A stretch of DNA of 64,000 nucleotides from Marsupella aquatica (Eukaryota; Plantae; Marchantiophyta), in NCBI GenBank assembly GCA_973895155.1, contig OZ316896.1:14418684-14482683 (forward strand). The letters run 5' to 3'. Below the pieces are notes generated by a model. The model saw nothing but the letters and a program-made list of their open reading frames with translations, ran no database searches and had not been told where the DNA came from. How positions within the stretch are numbered: position 1 is the first letter of the stretch; the number at the start of each line of letters is the position of its first letter. The position numbers and the translations under genes were made by a program. Of this stretch, positions 49,401-62,309 are shown one piece after another.

Positions 49401-52400
49401 GTCACGAGCAGAGGCATTCAGCAGCATATTTAAGAGACAATTCCAATTTGGTGCTTCCTGCAGCTTGCAATGAGAAAGCATCTCCTTCTCAGAAACAGAT
49501 TGCAACAGGTTCCACTGATCAGGAGGATTTCGTTTTGGGTTTATCAGCTGCAAAGAGGGATGTGTCTCTTGGAGTGGATAATTCGGGATGCTCAACAGAA
49601 GCAGGGTACTTTGGTGGTCCATCATCGCTTTCTGACAAGGGTGGGCAACCTTTATCCAGCGGGAGATTAGGTCTAGCATTCAAGTCCACAAGTCCTAGTC
49701 ATGTGAACACTTCTCAGATAGTTTACCCTGAAGTGACACTTGATCCTCTAGCAACCAGTCTTCAGAGTGGAGTGAATATGGAAGCTAGGCAGCAGGACAT
49801 TGAAGGTTTCGCATCCCTCCCTCCGGCTATAGCAGATGCACATCCGCTAGAGTCAATCGCAGACCCGGTTCTTCACGTTGCAAGCAGTAGTTACGATCCT
49901 ACGAAGGGCATTCTGAACGACTATCCTACCACTTGTAGTGAAAATCTTGCGCAACAGGCACATGGGAAGACCTCACGGGAGGTCAGCGCTGGACCACTTT
50001 TTGTTGTCGATGAGGAAGAGCAGCTTTATCCTTTAATTTTTCATAAGCGGCCGCCAGACAGAGGGCAAGTCATGGCAACATGTAGGGAGCAGCTAGCTCC
50101 CAACTTTAGAGAGGAGGGTGGTGTTTATTATGGAAATGTCAAGGATGTTTCTGATCGTCCCACTGTCATGGCTGGCTTGATTTTTGATGGTATTGTACCT
50201 TTACCTTGCGAATCTTTTTCGTCTGGCTTTCTTTTGGTGGCGTTCTACCTGTTTAGTCGTTGCTAGTGTAGCTATCGAGCCGGGAAATTTGTAAAGATGC
50301 CCCATGTGTAACGATCAGTTGCTTACCTGCCTCTTGCGTCTTACTCTAGCCCTCAAGAGCGTGCGAAATCCCTTTGCAGTATAACTGACATGTATGACAT
50401 CGTTCCATTGTCTTGCGGTTCCAGTAAAGTCAAGAGATGCTGTACATTTACGACCATTTGAATTTGGAGGATTGAGCAAAAGAAGCAAATTCGAGCAAGG
50501 CTCAAAATCTCGGCAATACATGGAACAGGAATATTGGGGTGCTGAAGATGAAATGGATTCTGTAGTTGGAATCCCTTCACATTTCGAGAATGATGGAAGA
50601 GCTTCATACCTTATCACTCCTGCAAAGCCTCCTCCCTCGCCCTTTGCAGTCAGGGAATGGGTTTCATCAATGAAATCTCCAACAAGTGCACAGAAGGTCC
50701 ATGAAGCTCATTTAGGAAGAAGGGAACAGATGTTCACGATGGATGCCAACACAGGGAAACTAGTTCCCCTCGTTGAGATTGCAAGCGCTAAAAACAGTCA
50801 AGAGTCTTTGCCAGGGGTGGACAGTTCACTGGAGTGTGCTGCTGACTATGAAAGACCAGCATCCCCAAAATACGATGAGAGCTATGTCCTCAACCTGACA
50901 GCACTTCCTACTTGGATGCCTACACAAAGGAAGCCTGGGGCCGTGTTGCAGGGTGAGCCTCTCCACAAAGAGCCTTCCTTAGCTGCCACAGAGAAACCTA
51001 TTCCTGCAGGTCACTCGGAGCTACCTGTGGTGCCTTCTACTGTACAGACCTCACACCAGCAGCATCTGTCACCACCAGAAAATAGAAGTAATATGGAAGA
51101 ACTGCGGAAGGGAGCTGTTGTACCAGGAAATGACCTACCACAGGATCAGCAGAACAAGCAAACTTCAGGAAGCAAGGTCCCCAAGGCACCTAGACAATTG
51201 CGGGATGTTTCACAGATCACCGCCATCTCACCACCTGGTCGTCCAACTCCGTTGAGCCAGGCTGGATTTCGAGATCCTGCCAGCATAGGTGGTGGTCAGC
51301 AAACCACTTTGATGAGTATTGAAGTACGTTCATGCCCTTCGTCTCACACAATTCTGTTTTTCATGGTGTGTATTAGTCATAAGTGTCAATATTCTCGCAA
51401 GGCCGGTCTTTCTAAAAATGAGTGATGGATTTTATCTGCCACTTAAGTTTTTGGGAACTCATCAGCGTCGTAAAGCATCTGCTGCAGTCGAGAAGCTGGT
51501 CAGATATTGACCATGGTTTTGCCTACATGTCCAAGGTTGTCCTGTCAAAAATTCTCATTCAGTTGGCATCTTACATCACCCTAACGCAGATCTGTGCTGT
51601 TACCGTGACAAAGGTGTTTTCTGAAACTCGTGGCGACTTGTTACCTGATCCTCGATATGATGCAATCGGTTGCATAGTGGTTGCAATTTGCGAAGATGGG
51701 GGAAAAGCAGACAATGTCAACCTTGTCGTTGTACTCATACGTGACAAGGAAGCCCAAACCAGTGGCAGGTATCAGATTTTACATGACCGGGGGCTTTTAT
51801 TTGACGTTATTATTTTCTGTTGAGAATTATTGTTCACGGAGATCTTAATTAATCAGGAAAAGGACTGATTGTCAAGATATTTCCTGCATGCGTTGCAGAT
51901 ATGTAGATGGTATAAGGGACTGTGAGATTGTGTATCTCCCGGACGAGGCAGGCCTACTCAATTGCTTTGCGCGCTTGGTCAGGCAATGTGATCCCGACAT
52001 GCTCATAGGCTGGGAAATGCAGGGACATTCTCTGGGATTATTGGGTGAGAGAGCTGCCAACCTAGGGATTGGCTTGTTGAAGCAACTCTCTCGCATGCCA
52101 CCCGTGTCAACTTCTTCTTGTACAGAGGCAGTTGAGAAAAACACAGCTTTAGAGGATGTCTCTAATCTGTTCGACAAACCTCCCTTGGAGACGAAAGGTG
52201 GCGACGAGCCCATCATTGAGGATGAGTGGGGCAGGACCCACGGGAGTGGACTGTACGTTGGGGGTCGAATTGTTCTGAACTTGTGGCGGATAATGCGTGG
52301 AGAGGTGAAGCTTGGAATATATAGTCTTGAAGCTGTTGCAGAAGCTGTGCTCAGAAGGAGAGTACCTCGAATACCATGGCGCACATTGACCAGGTGGTTT

Positions 52401-55400
52401 TTAGGAGGACCAGGAGGAGGCCGGTTCCGTTGTCTTGAATATTTCATTGATAGGGCGAGACTCAATTTTCAGATCATGGACCAACTTGACCTGGTCTCTT
52501 CTTTCCCCAGCTATCCTAACTTCGTTCTGAGCTTGTCCTCCAAATGTTTCAGGTTGAAATGGGGAAGGCTAGCTTGGCTATATTTGATTTCCAATTTACC
52601 TACCATCTTCTGTGAGTGATGACGTTGATCATGGGTTTCTCCTATTCCATGCTCCCGTTTTGACTGTCGAGCCTTCATTTTGATCAGATGAATCGAACAG
52701 CAGAGCTTGCGCGCGTCTTCGGAATTGACTTTTACTCCGTGTTCTCTAGAGGTTCTCAATATCGTGTCGAGTCCATGATGGCTAGACTCGCTCATACTCA
52801 GAACTATATCCTCGTATCTCCCACTCGGCAGCAGGTACTATTGTTCTCCACAACTTTGTCTTGTGATGTTTGTCAGCACCGTCCTTTGTCTATGGTGTTG
52901 GAGGCTTAATTTTCGATGCAGCGCCTACTACGTCATTCGCTGGAAAAACATTATACTATCAATGAATGTGCCTCGACAGGCTTGTGTGGGGAAGTATCTA
53001 CTGTTTGACGGAGATAATTCTGGGGGTGCTGTTAAAGTTGCCTTTAATTACCAACGTTTGCTTGCCTGGCGAGACACCAGATTGTTTGACCGGTGGCTAA
53101 TCTTTCGAAATGGAACACGGGCACAAAAAGTTTTCATTCTCGTCGAGAAGCTCCATTAAAGAAACACACAGGATCAGGATTGTTGTGTTGAAAGTGTAGA
53201 CACGATCACTTTTTCCGGTACTACCCGTAGATACTTTATTCTGGTGTAATGTAGGCTCGTTTAACTTGGTTGGGATCTGACTTTAGCCTTCTGCGAGCAG
53301 GTGGCCGATCAACCTGGCATGGAGTGTCTTCCTTTGGTTATGGAACCCGAATCAAGGTTCTACACGAGTCCAGTGATTGTTCTGGATTTTCAGTCTCTTT
53401 ATCCATCGATGATCATCGCATACAACCTTTGCTTCTCCACATGCCTGGGCAAGCTAGTCCCAGACAATCCCAAAGTTCTTGGAGTGGGCAAACTTTCCAT
53501 GCAGCCAGGCCTGCTGGACAGTTTGAAGGAGTGTATGACAATAACGCCGAATGGGGTCATGTTTATACCCAACGAGGTATAATCTCGAATGGGATTTCTC
53601 CAGGACACCAACATACATGAATACTTCATGGGCTCGACCTTTCATTGCAAATCGTTAAATAGACGCTGACAAAAGTGATCTTCTTAAAATCAAATGTTGA
53701 TCTTTTGCAAAACAGTCTGGGACTTGAAGTGCTCGCCTTCTTTGTCCTTATGCAGTGCGCCATGTTTTTAAAGAATGTGCCCTACAGCAAACCGACGAAT
53801 TTAATTCATCTTTACGGCCAGTTTAACGAATCCATCAAATCAAACTACTTGAATCAATCTGGTGCTGTTGGACAACCTGCTGTAGTGACTCGGTTGTCTC
53901 TTTTACATGTATGGCGTCGATTGTTACATTCTTTCTCATTTGACGGTAACATCTGTCATACTACCCTTCTTCCCAGGTGCGCCCAGGCGTGCTCCCACGA
54001 TTACTACAGGAGATTCTTTCGACGCGCATAATGGTCAAGAAGGCTATGAAGCAGCTGCCCCCCGACCAGAAGGTGCTGCAAAGAGTAAGATCCGAGTCCC
54101 ATCTCTCTTAGGCATCAGAACAGAATAGGTGGGTACGTAAACGATCGTCGGTGTCTTGAGGGAATGGCAAGTCTCACAAGCCTTGCTTTGGAGCCCGGCT
54201 GTGATTGTCAGTTCGTCACGTAATGTGAATCCTGTCACTATATTTTGATTGAATTGATCTATGATGATGCGTACATATACTTACTGGACACTTTGCAATT
54301 CAGGTCCTGCATGCAAGGCAATTCGCACTGAAGCTCATTGCCAACGTGACATACGGTTACACGGCCGCGGGCTTCAGTGGCCGCATGCCTTGCGCAGAGA
54401 TTGCAGACAGTATCGTTCAATGTGGTCGTCTCACGTTGGAGCGAGCAATCCACCTTGTCAACACTCACCCTGGATGGGGCGGAAGGGTCGTATACGGCGA
54501 CACAGACAGGTAGCAGTCCGGTCTGAGCACTAATCCCGTCCCACATCCCACTTTATCGACCAAAAGAGAAAGTAGTGAGTTCTAAGGCATGAGGTAGTTC
54601 GTTATTCATCTCGATTGTAATTGGGTCCGGGCAGACCATTCTTACAATGGGCAGTTCCTCAGCTGACGTGGGGTCGGACCGCTCCTTCTTTGCCGACCTA
54701 CTAAGCTGCTGGAGCTTAGAATGATGGGTTTTTGTCGATGTTGGACTGGTTACTGGCTCACTATATTTTAGTACTTTCATCTGCGTGCTGAATTTTCTGT
54801 TTGAGAGGAATGAACGAACTGTATGATCACTCTCGTCTCTATGCTCATGACGTAGAAAAACCTGCCTGGCTGTACTGTGCTGTGCTGTGCTGTGCCATGT
54901 TATGTCCGCGTTAGCAGTATGTTTGTGCTTCTGGAAGGGCGCACACGAGAGGAAGCCCATGCAATTGGGCAGGAGATAGCAGCCGCGGTCACTGAGATGA
55001 ATCCTCCACCTGTAGCACTGAAAATGGAGAAAGTCTACCATCCTTGTGTACTGCTAACGAAGAAGAGATACGTCGGCTACAGCTACGAGAGCCCTGCCCA
55101 ACTGAGGCCGACTTTTGATGCCAAGGGAATTGAGACCATTCGCCGTGATAGCTGTCCTGCTGTTGCCAAAACGCTGGAGCATTCTCTCAGAACACTCTTC
55201 GAATCTCAGGATCTGTCACAGGTATTCATTCGGTCCTCTCGATCTCTATCAATAATTCATGGGTAATTTCTCTTCCGGTCTGGCCAATCACGACGATTCT
55301 GTTGGTGATCGATATCCCTGCTATGATAATAGTATCAAGTCGAGAGATCCTCTTCGACACTGAGTTAGTGATGATTGACAAACCGCATTGTTCTACAATC

Positions 55401-57067
55401 AATTCCTCGAAGCCATTCTGATGTAAACGCATTTTCTTGTTCGCTTAGTGGTTGTGCTGGGAGTGTGATTTACTTTTGATTTGGGCTTCTTTATCTCCGT
55501 CTTGTTGTATTCTACAATCTCTTAAAGTCACAAGAATAAATAACGCATGACAAGAGATGCTCTCGCCCCCCAAACAGAAAAATTGCTCTCAAGAATTATA
55601 CAATCATATACTAGTGAGTAAATTCAACTTGGAGATTGCTTGCCTGAACGCATACTTCCGTGCGATGCCATTCCATTGTCGCAGGTGAAGCACTATCTGC
55701 AGAGGCAATGGGGCAAGATTCTGAGTGGTCGCGTCCCACTCCAGGACTTTATTTTTGCCAAGGAGGTGCGCTTGGGGACTTACAGTTCCCGTTCGCCCGT
55801 GCTCCCACCTGCCGCCATTGTGGCATCGAAGGCAATGGCTGTAGATCCGCGAGCTGAGCCCCGATACGCCGAGAGAATCCCCTACGTCGTGGTTCACGGA
55901 GAGCCCGGAGCTCGGCTCGTAGACATGGTGGTGGATCCGCTCACCCTCATCGACCAGCCCTCGTTGCGTTTGCACGACACGTACTACATCACGAAGCAGA
56001 TCATCCCGGCCTGTCAAAGGATTTTCATGCTCGTTGGCGTGGATCTGAAGGCCTGGTTCAGCGAGATGCCGCGAGTGTATCGCCCGCCCGTGTCCAAACG
56101 AGTTTCGACTCTCGCAGTAGGAGCGAGGAGCACAAAGTGGGATCCGGAATTGGGAACGAAGAAGGCGAAAGTGGGAAGTGGCCTCAAGCACGGCACCATA
56201 GACCAATACTACTTGTCTAGACATTGCACAATCTGCGGAGAATTCACGCGCGCATCACAGCTTCTGTGCACCAATTGCAGTCAGAATCCGGGGGCTGCTG
56301 CCATTCTCCTCCCGGGCCGAACTTCTCGTCTGGAACGGGAGCTCAAACATTTAATGGCTGTAAGTGCATCATTCCTCTGTTGTCATGGCATTCACCTGTA
56401 CATCAATCCGACTTTAGCTAGCCAGCTTTTTATTTCAGCGGGATTGGATCGAAAAACCAAAAGTATCGTTTGTATTCAATAACGAATACAAAAAACCACT
56501 GCAAATCGTTGGAAAACCGCTAATCCATGTCCAGTGAATGACTGGGCTGCCATTCTGGATATAAACTCTTACAACTCTTAACTAGAAAGGGAGGGTAGTC
56601 CTGTGGCGAAGTGTTTTTATATTCATTCTAATAGCTCTTGGGTACGAGTCAGTATGTCCGGTCTGATGCAAGTCTCCACCTATGTTTGAACGTCCTCCAA
56701 GTGGGTGGTATCTCTAAGTGAGTCAATTCTTCTTCTTTCTTGGGGGGATTAATGGGGAAACCAGCATTACTGTCTTCTGCGTGAGAACGATATGATATGA
56801 TCTGAGGGAGCCTTTTGATTCACCTGAGTTATTTTGATGGTACGAGTAGCAAAGAGCTGTCTAATCCTTGGCAAATGATTGACTGCATTTCAGCTCTGCC
56901 GTCATTGTGGAGGGGGAGATGGAAGTCCTGGGGGAAGCGTGGCATGCATCTCGCTGGATTGTTCCGTCTTCTTCGAGCGACGCAAAGTCCATCGAGAGCT
57001 TCAAGCAGCAGGAGCCGTGGCACTCGACCTCGGATACTATCCGCCTTGCCTGCCTGAACTGTTCTAA
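43402..57067 (+). CDS. REV3: DNA polymerase zeta catalytic subunit (family B), about 20 exons
   Basis: N-terminus [57 protein letters not shown]. Rev7-binding-like [11 protein letters not shown]. Exo-like [19 protein letters not shown]. Polymerase motifs [32 protein letters not shown]-terminal CysA (CTIC...CTNC) and CysB (CRHC...CISLDC). Confidence 0.97.
43574..43775. repeat. ~115-bp tandem duplication in REV3 intron 1
   Basis: tttgaagctgagctcgaattatc...gctgtcaaa.ggctcgctttaagatgc occurs at about 43574 and 43688. Confidence 0.75.
45109..45415 (+). other. U12-type GT-AG intron in REV3
   Basis: Donor GTATCCTT matches the U12 consensus. Branch site CCTTGAC at 45398..45404, about 10 nt before AG. 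Splicing restores FIKIVL|YYPQE. Confidence 0.9.
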
Positions 57068-57769
57068 AGCTAGAAATATATGTGAATATGTACAAAATTC
57101 AGTAGGCATCTTTCAGTCCATGCATTCATGGAAGAAAAATTGGAGAGTGTAGCCACTTCATGTGCCAGCTGTCGACATCTGAGAGTCGGCATAGTTCGAA
57201 ACTAACCTCGGTAAATGCAAAGGTTGTCAATCAATTGTCTTCCTTTCAAATCTTACGTAGTGGACAGCGAATTGGTGAGTGTTGTACCCCCATTGACAGC
57301 CTACGGGAGTTCTGCTCTTCTCCACAGCAGAGGTATTGTGGTTGGCCAACAAGGCACAATGTTGTAAGATGGGCAATAAATTGGTCATGTAACAGTCATT
57401 TTGAGTGTAAAACACAACCAGAAGTATCCTCTGGTCACATTATTTATATCAATCTCTGCAAGTCTACAGAAGCTGTAGAAGCCTGCTCAACATTTCCCTG
57501 TTCATGACAATTATAGCAAACATGTATAGTTGATCATTCTTGACTCGGTTTAGCTCCAACTCTTTAAATTAATTTTACATAGTAGGTCAATGAAGTTTTA
57601 ACTTGGCTGCGCTTTTTAAGGCGTTGGAAGTGGTGCATGCGCAAACAACGTTAGCATGGCAGATGTAAGCATGGTTGCAAGGTCGTCTAACAGATAATTG
57701 TGGCGACGAATTCAGGATCCAGTTACAAGAAGAGTTTCTACTGATCTACGTAGTCTATACTTCTCAAAT

Positions 57770-58135
57770 CCCCGGATCAAGTGAACATTTTCCTATTGTG
57801 CATGTATTGAGTTGGGAAATGGATTCGCATCTGAGTTTGGTGGCTTTCAAACTTCATATACAGAAGTTCTTAGTGATGTTCATTCATGTTGCCAATTCAT
57901 TCACTGTGCAAGCTACGCAAGTCAGACCTCAACTCACACAGGGCTTTCAGCACACAACAGCAATCATCTTCAAGATATTGCACCTAGCTTGGGTGGCTTT
58001 TCAAGCTTATCTTGAGTGAAACTCATAGTTGAAGACAGGGACCGTTGCTTCAAATTGCCAATTTCTTCAATGCAAGGTAGGCTAGGTAATTCCCACAATC
58101 CCACACAAGCGTTTTCAAATATGTGAGTGGAACTG
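57770..58135 (-). pseudogene. Possible decayed leucine-rich-repeat gene fragment
   Basis: The minus strand reads LWELPSLPCIEEIGNLKQ, typical of NLR-type LRRs, then stop-interrupted Leu/Cys-periodic sequence. Confidence 0.3.
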
Positions 58136-58473
58136 GGGAATCTGGACCAAACCTGCATTAGTTGGTTATGAAATTGGGCTTTCCACGATTCGTTTTTTGT
58201 TAGCATGATGAAAATCCTCATGCTAGGTGAAAAGCTCTCATTGGAATGATAGTCAAGAAGAAAATCTCAGTTTCCTAGAGTAAAAATACACGTACAAATC
58301 TGTCTCCTAGGAAGGGCAAGCCTCTCTGCAAGGTTCAACCTCCTTCACATTCGCGTCCAGTTCGTGGGTGTCTAATAGTGGAGGTGCTTTCATAAAACTT
58401 TATATACACTATAACACCATACGGTTACCTTTGGTTACCCCTCGGTGACAACGTTGTCGATAGCTACTTCAGC

Positions 58474-60588
58474 CTAGTAGTAGTTCCCGATCTTCCTATG
58501 GTGAGCAGCTGTGCGCTTCTCTGGCTTAAAAACGTTTCCTTCCTTCACTTCCGCATAGGTTATCCAATGATCTGCTGTTTCTAACCGGCTCCTGACAATG
58601 CACTCGAGATACGCTACACTGTCCACAAGAACAGGGGACCCATTTTCTGCTGGTGTCCATTTAACACCTTCAAATCTATCAGCTCCAGGTGGAAAACGCT
58701 TCAGAAAGTGCTTCATCAGGGGTCCGAAGTTGCCATCTTCTAGGCAGTTGAGTACAAAAGAGTCACCAACTTGCATAAGTGATTCGATGGCACGATCTTT
58801 TGCCACGGCAATTGTAATGCCCAGAGGTTTGAAACTCGCCTGTGAAACCCATGATGCAACCATAGCACCTTTTGAAGTACCTTTGACTGCAGTTACCACA
58901 TAAAGTCCGCCTGAGACGCGACCTATCGCTTTTGCCACATCAAGAGGCATATTAGCCTTTTTGTTTTCAATTGTAGCTTTTTGTGTTAATAATTGGCCCA
59001 GATCAGTGCCAGCCTCTTCATACTCTTGATATGTTGATTCCGTGGGTTCTCCTTTCACACGCAACGGTGCAAGAGCATTGACCCCTAGAGCCACAAAGCG
59101 TTGGACCAGAGTATCGACAGGTTCATCATCTCCACCATAGCTTTCAGCAATTAGGAGAGGCTGTTTGCCAGCTTTCACGGAAGCAAGAAGGGTGGTTACC
59201 GCCTTCACGGCCGGTCCAGAACTGGGAGGTGACATAATGATAACAGCTGCACTTTTGCCAACAGTCTCTACCACCACTTGAATATCTGCAGTATTCAAAT
59301 CCAGCATCTCTGCCCCACAATTAGTCTTTGTCAAACCTCGAGCAAGAGCCTGTGATAATCGATCACTGTAACCATAGTCCGAAATATACAGCACTGCAAT
59401 ACTGGCCAGCTGCTTTTCCAAAGCCTGCCTACTCCACGTATCGTACCTGTACAGGAATTCACTAACGTTGTGCCGCAGGATAGGTCCATGTCCAGTTGCT
59501 ATCACCCCAAAATCCATATCACCTATTCTCTTCATAGCTTGTAGGACCGACCTAGCGTTAGGTCGCATGAGACAATCGTAGTAGAACCTATGATGAGCCT
59601 CAAGCTTAGGCAAGTCTTCATCGTACAGTGCTTCAGTGCAGAAGTGCATTCCAAAAGCATCACATGTGAAGAGTACTCCAGACCCACGGTCCAGAGTGAA
59701 CATGGTATCAGGCCAATGCAAGTTGGGTGCCATGACAAACTCCAACACATGTCCTTTCCCCAAATCCAGCGTATCTCCTCCCTTTACCACCCTGCTTTTA
59801 AACGGTCGAAGGACGAGATTTTGCAAGAAGGCAATGCACACCTTACTACCGACCACTGTGGCATCAGGGGCCAGTTCCATGAGATTCGGAATGAGGAAGC
59901 TGTGATCTGGCTCAGTATGGTTGGCAATGATGTACTTGATAGTGCTCGGGTCAATTAAACCCTTGACTGCCGCCAAGTACAAATCCTTGAACTTCTCATG
60001 AGATGCGTCAACGATGGCCAGCTCGTTCCCTTCTATGATGTAAGAGTTGTACGTTGTGCCATCCGAAAGACCAAATTCGATGTCAAAACGATCACGGTCC
60101 CAATCCAGCGAGCGTATGGTGGTCACATCTCGAGCCACCGGCGCGATTTGGGTTTGGATCCTCTTCGTCTGGTTCCACTTGGCCACTTCAGATAACCTCG
60201 GCTGTTCCTCTGTGACCACGGCCATAGACTTGACGCCATCACTCCTGACCCTCCTGGCAGCAGCATTCCTCTCCACGAAAACGCCAGCACCAGAACTACA
60301 CTCTGTTCCCTTCCTAAACCCACTAAACAAGAGCTCGCCAGAAGCCCACCTGAGACCATGATTCGCTTCACTGTGGGAAGAGGCAGATCGGTGGCGCCCA
60401 GATCCTAGCTCGTAGCTGCCAGTGCCGGAGACAAGGCGTGATTTCGCCGAATTAGACCACAAATCTCTTGTGACAGATGACGAAGAAGACGGAATTGAAT
60501 ACTTTCTGTTCGACAGCAATCCACCAGCAGCAACAGCAGAACCAGAACCAGAAGCTGCACACGGAGTAAAGTCCACCATCGCCATCAT
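58474..60588 (-). CDS. FLVB: Class C flavodiiron protein, FLVB/Flv3-type, with plastid transit peptide; coding region intronless
   Basis: Single ORF with a Ser/Gly/Arg-rich N-terminus. Metallo-beta-lactamase domain (RSLDWDRDRFDIEF, GTTYNSY, NHTEPDHS, PNLHWPDTM, TCDAFGMH, ATGHGP), flavodoxin domain (SDYGYSDRLS) and flavin reductase domain (ASWVSQAS, HHRKIGNYY*). Canonical HxExDH ligands point to the B/Flv3 clade. First ATG at 60588; the listed ORF starts at TTG. Confidence 0.93.
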   Translation of the reverse strand: MMAMVDFTPCAASGSGSAVAAGGLLSNRKYSIPSSSSSVTRDLWSNSAKSRLVSGTGSYELGSGRHRSASSHSEANHGLRWASGELLFSGFRKGTECSSGAGVFVERNAAARRVRSDGVKSMAVVTEEQPRLSEVAKWNQTKRIQTQIAPVARDVTTIRSLDWDRDRFDIEFGLSDGTTYNSYIIEGNELAIVDASHEKFKDLYLAAVKGLIDPSTIKYIIANHTEPDHSFLIPNLMELAPDATVVGSKVCIAFLQNLVLRPFKSRVVKGGDTLDLGKGHVLEFVMAPNLHWPDTMFTLDRGSGVLFTCDAFGMHFCTEALYDEDLPKLEAHHRFYYDCLMRPNARSVLQAMKRIGDMDFGVIATGHGPILRHNVSEFLYRYDTWSRQALEKQLASIAVLYISDYGYSDRLSQALARGLTKTNCGAEMLDLNTADIQVVVETVGKSAAVIIMSPPSSGPAVKAVTTLLASVKAGKQPLLIAESYGGDDEPVDTLVQRFVALGVNALAPLRVKGEPTESTYQEYEEAGTDLGQLLTQKATIENKKANMPLDVAKAIGRVSGGLYVVTAVKGTSKGAMVASWVSQASFKPLGITIAVAKDRAIESLMQVGDSFVLNCLEDGNFGPLMKHFLKRFPPGADRFEGVKWTPAENGSPVLVDSVAYLECIVRSRLETADHWITYAEVKEGNVFKPEKRTAAHHRKIGNYY

Positions 60589-61564
60589 CTTGCCCTTGCA
60601 CAGAACACAATCACAATTACAATTACAAGCGACTACACTACCTCTGTATCGAATTGGGCACAATTGTCGTCCTACACTGCAATAAAAATGTCTGTTGCAG
60701 TTTCCATTTCAGCTCTCAAACTGAACTTAGTTCCTGAGTCGCTCTCACTGTTTCTTATCCCAAGGCTTTCAAATCCGTCACAGAGTTTGTGCCAGGTGTC
60801 TGCCGGTCATTGGGCCTTAGCCGGTACAAAACTGGAAGCCGGTTTCCTGCTGACAAAGCAAAGATGGACAACCACAGGACATTAGAGTTGTACAAAATGT
60901 GGCCAAATCTAGCTGAGTCCACTACACCTTGTTTTTTAGGTGCAAATTTTTGCCAAGTATCACCTCTCCAAAAAGTGTTCCCTCACTTTTGGCTAACATT
61001 AGCTAGATTTTTTAATCCATTTGCCACTTTTCCACCTAATCATGGACCTTGCCAGAATCCAATGGTCATCAGTCAATCTAGGGATATCTGATGGTCAGGA
61101 TGTAATCCATGAAAATTGACAAAGAATATTCCTAGCATCTCCTCCCTTAGAGCTCCTGACATTTGCCACACTGGATAAAAATTAAAAAACCCTAAAAAAT
61201 ATGCTGGTCCTCTACAGCCTACCATGGATAAGTGCAGCTTGTATAAGCATCCATGGGTACCTGTAGTGTATAAGCATCCAGTGGGTACGTGTAGGGTGGT
61301 CGGGTAGTCCCTCAATAATATAGCAAATTCCTTTGTAAATGCACCAAAAAATGCACCATGTGTAAGTGCAGGTTGCCCATCAGTAAACGACAAATACACA
61401 AGGGCATTTTAGTATGTAAGAGTACAGATGCATTAATCAATTACCGCAACACATATGTTTGAAGCATTTATTGATAAGTGCAGTAGGCAACTACCCATTG
61501 TAGTTTCATGCACTTATCCAGTTCAATCGTGCACTACAAGGATTCTGGGTATGAAAAGTCAATG

Positions 61565-61732
61565 CGTATGACCTGACACGACATTTGGGGAAGTGCATCG
61601 ATTTCATATGCACTTATTGGAAAGTGCAACAGGCACATATGGAAAAGTGCAACATGCACTTATGAGGAAGTGCATAACATGGATAACTGCATGCAGGCTT
61701 GGGGTGTCTTCCTAGGAGCCTGCACTTAGACA
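61565..61732. repeat. Dispersed repeat, partner of 24421..24595
   Basis: Reverse-complement similarity to 24421..24595, with recurring aagtgca/tgcactt motifs. Confidence 0.65.
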
Positions 61733-62309
61733 CAGTAGACTGTATAATATAGGCATGGACCCACCATGAGTTGAGCCATTGAACTACCAAGGATTTTAAT
61801 AGAAGTTAAAATTGTTAGAACCTTGTGATGTTCTTTGTTGGAACAAACATTGAGTAAACAACCACTACTCATAAGGCAGCATGCACATGTGCAACATCCA
61901 ACAAATACACAAGTGGTTGATGGAGTGTATAAGTGGTTCACCTCACTAGAGGGTACATTCACGAAAGCACACAAGAACTTGGTTAAGCTTCTAATCCACA
62001 CCAAGCCTCCCAACTGAATTTGTAACTATGAGCCTAAGCTCCACTCACTAAATCCTACTAGTGAATATAGTAGTTGCACACCTAACCATAACAAAGTACT
62101 TAATTTTGGTTAAATTAACTGTAGTTATATAATAACTCTAAACTTAAGAGTAAATGTCTCACAATAGAGTGAGACAACTTTTGAATTCATAACTTTTGCA
62201 TGAGCTCAACCAGAGTTTCATTAGTCAATGTGTTGGCACAAGAACTTTCAGCTCATGTTTTTCCTATCATCCTTTGTTTCACCCTGTTCATTGTTGTATA
62301 ACTCTACTA

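Noticed and set aside
48115-56224. Long minus-strand ORFs (48115..48672, 51872..52465, 55604..56224)
   Set aside because: They are antisense shadows of REV3 exons.
58474-60588. FLVB as bacterial contamination or recent horizontal transfer because it is intronless
   Set aside because: It has a plastid transit-peptide-like N-terminus, sits among plant genes and repeats, and nuclear FLV genes are expected in non-angiosperm plants.
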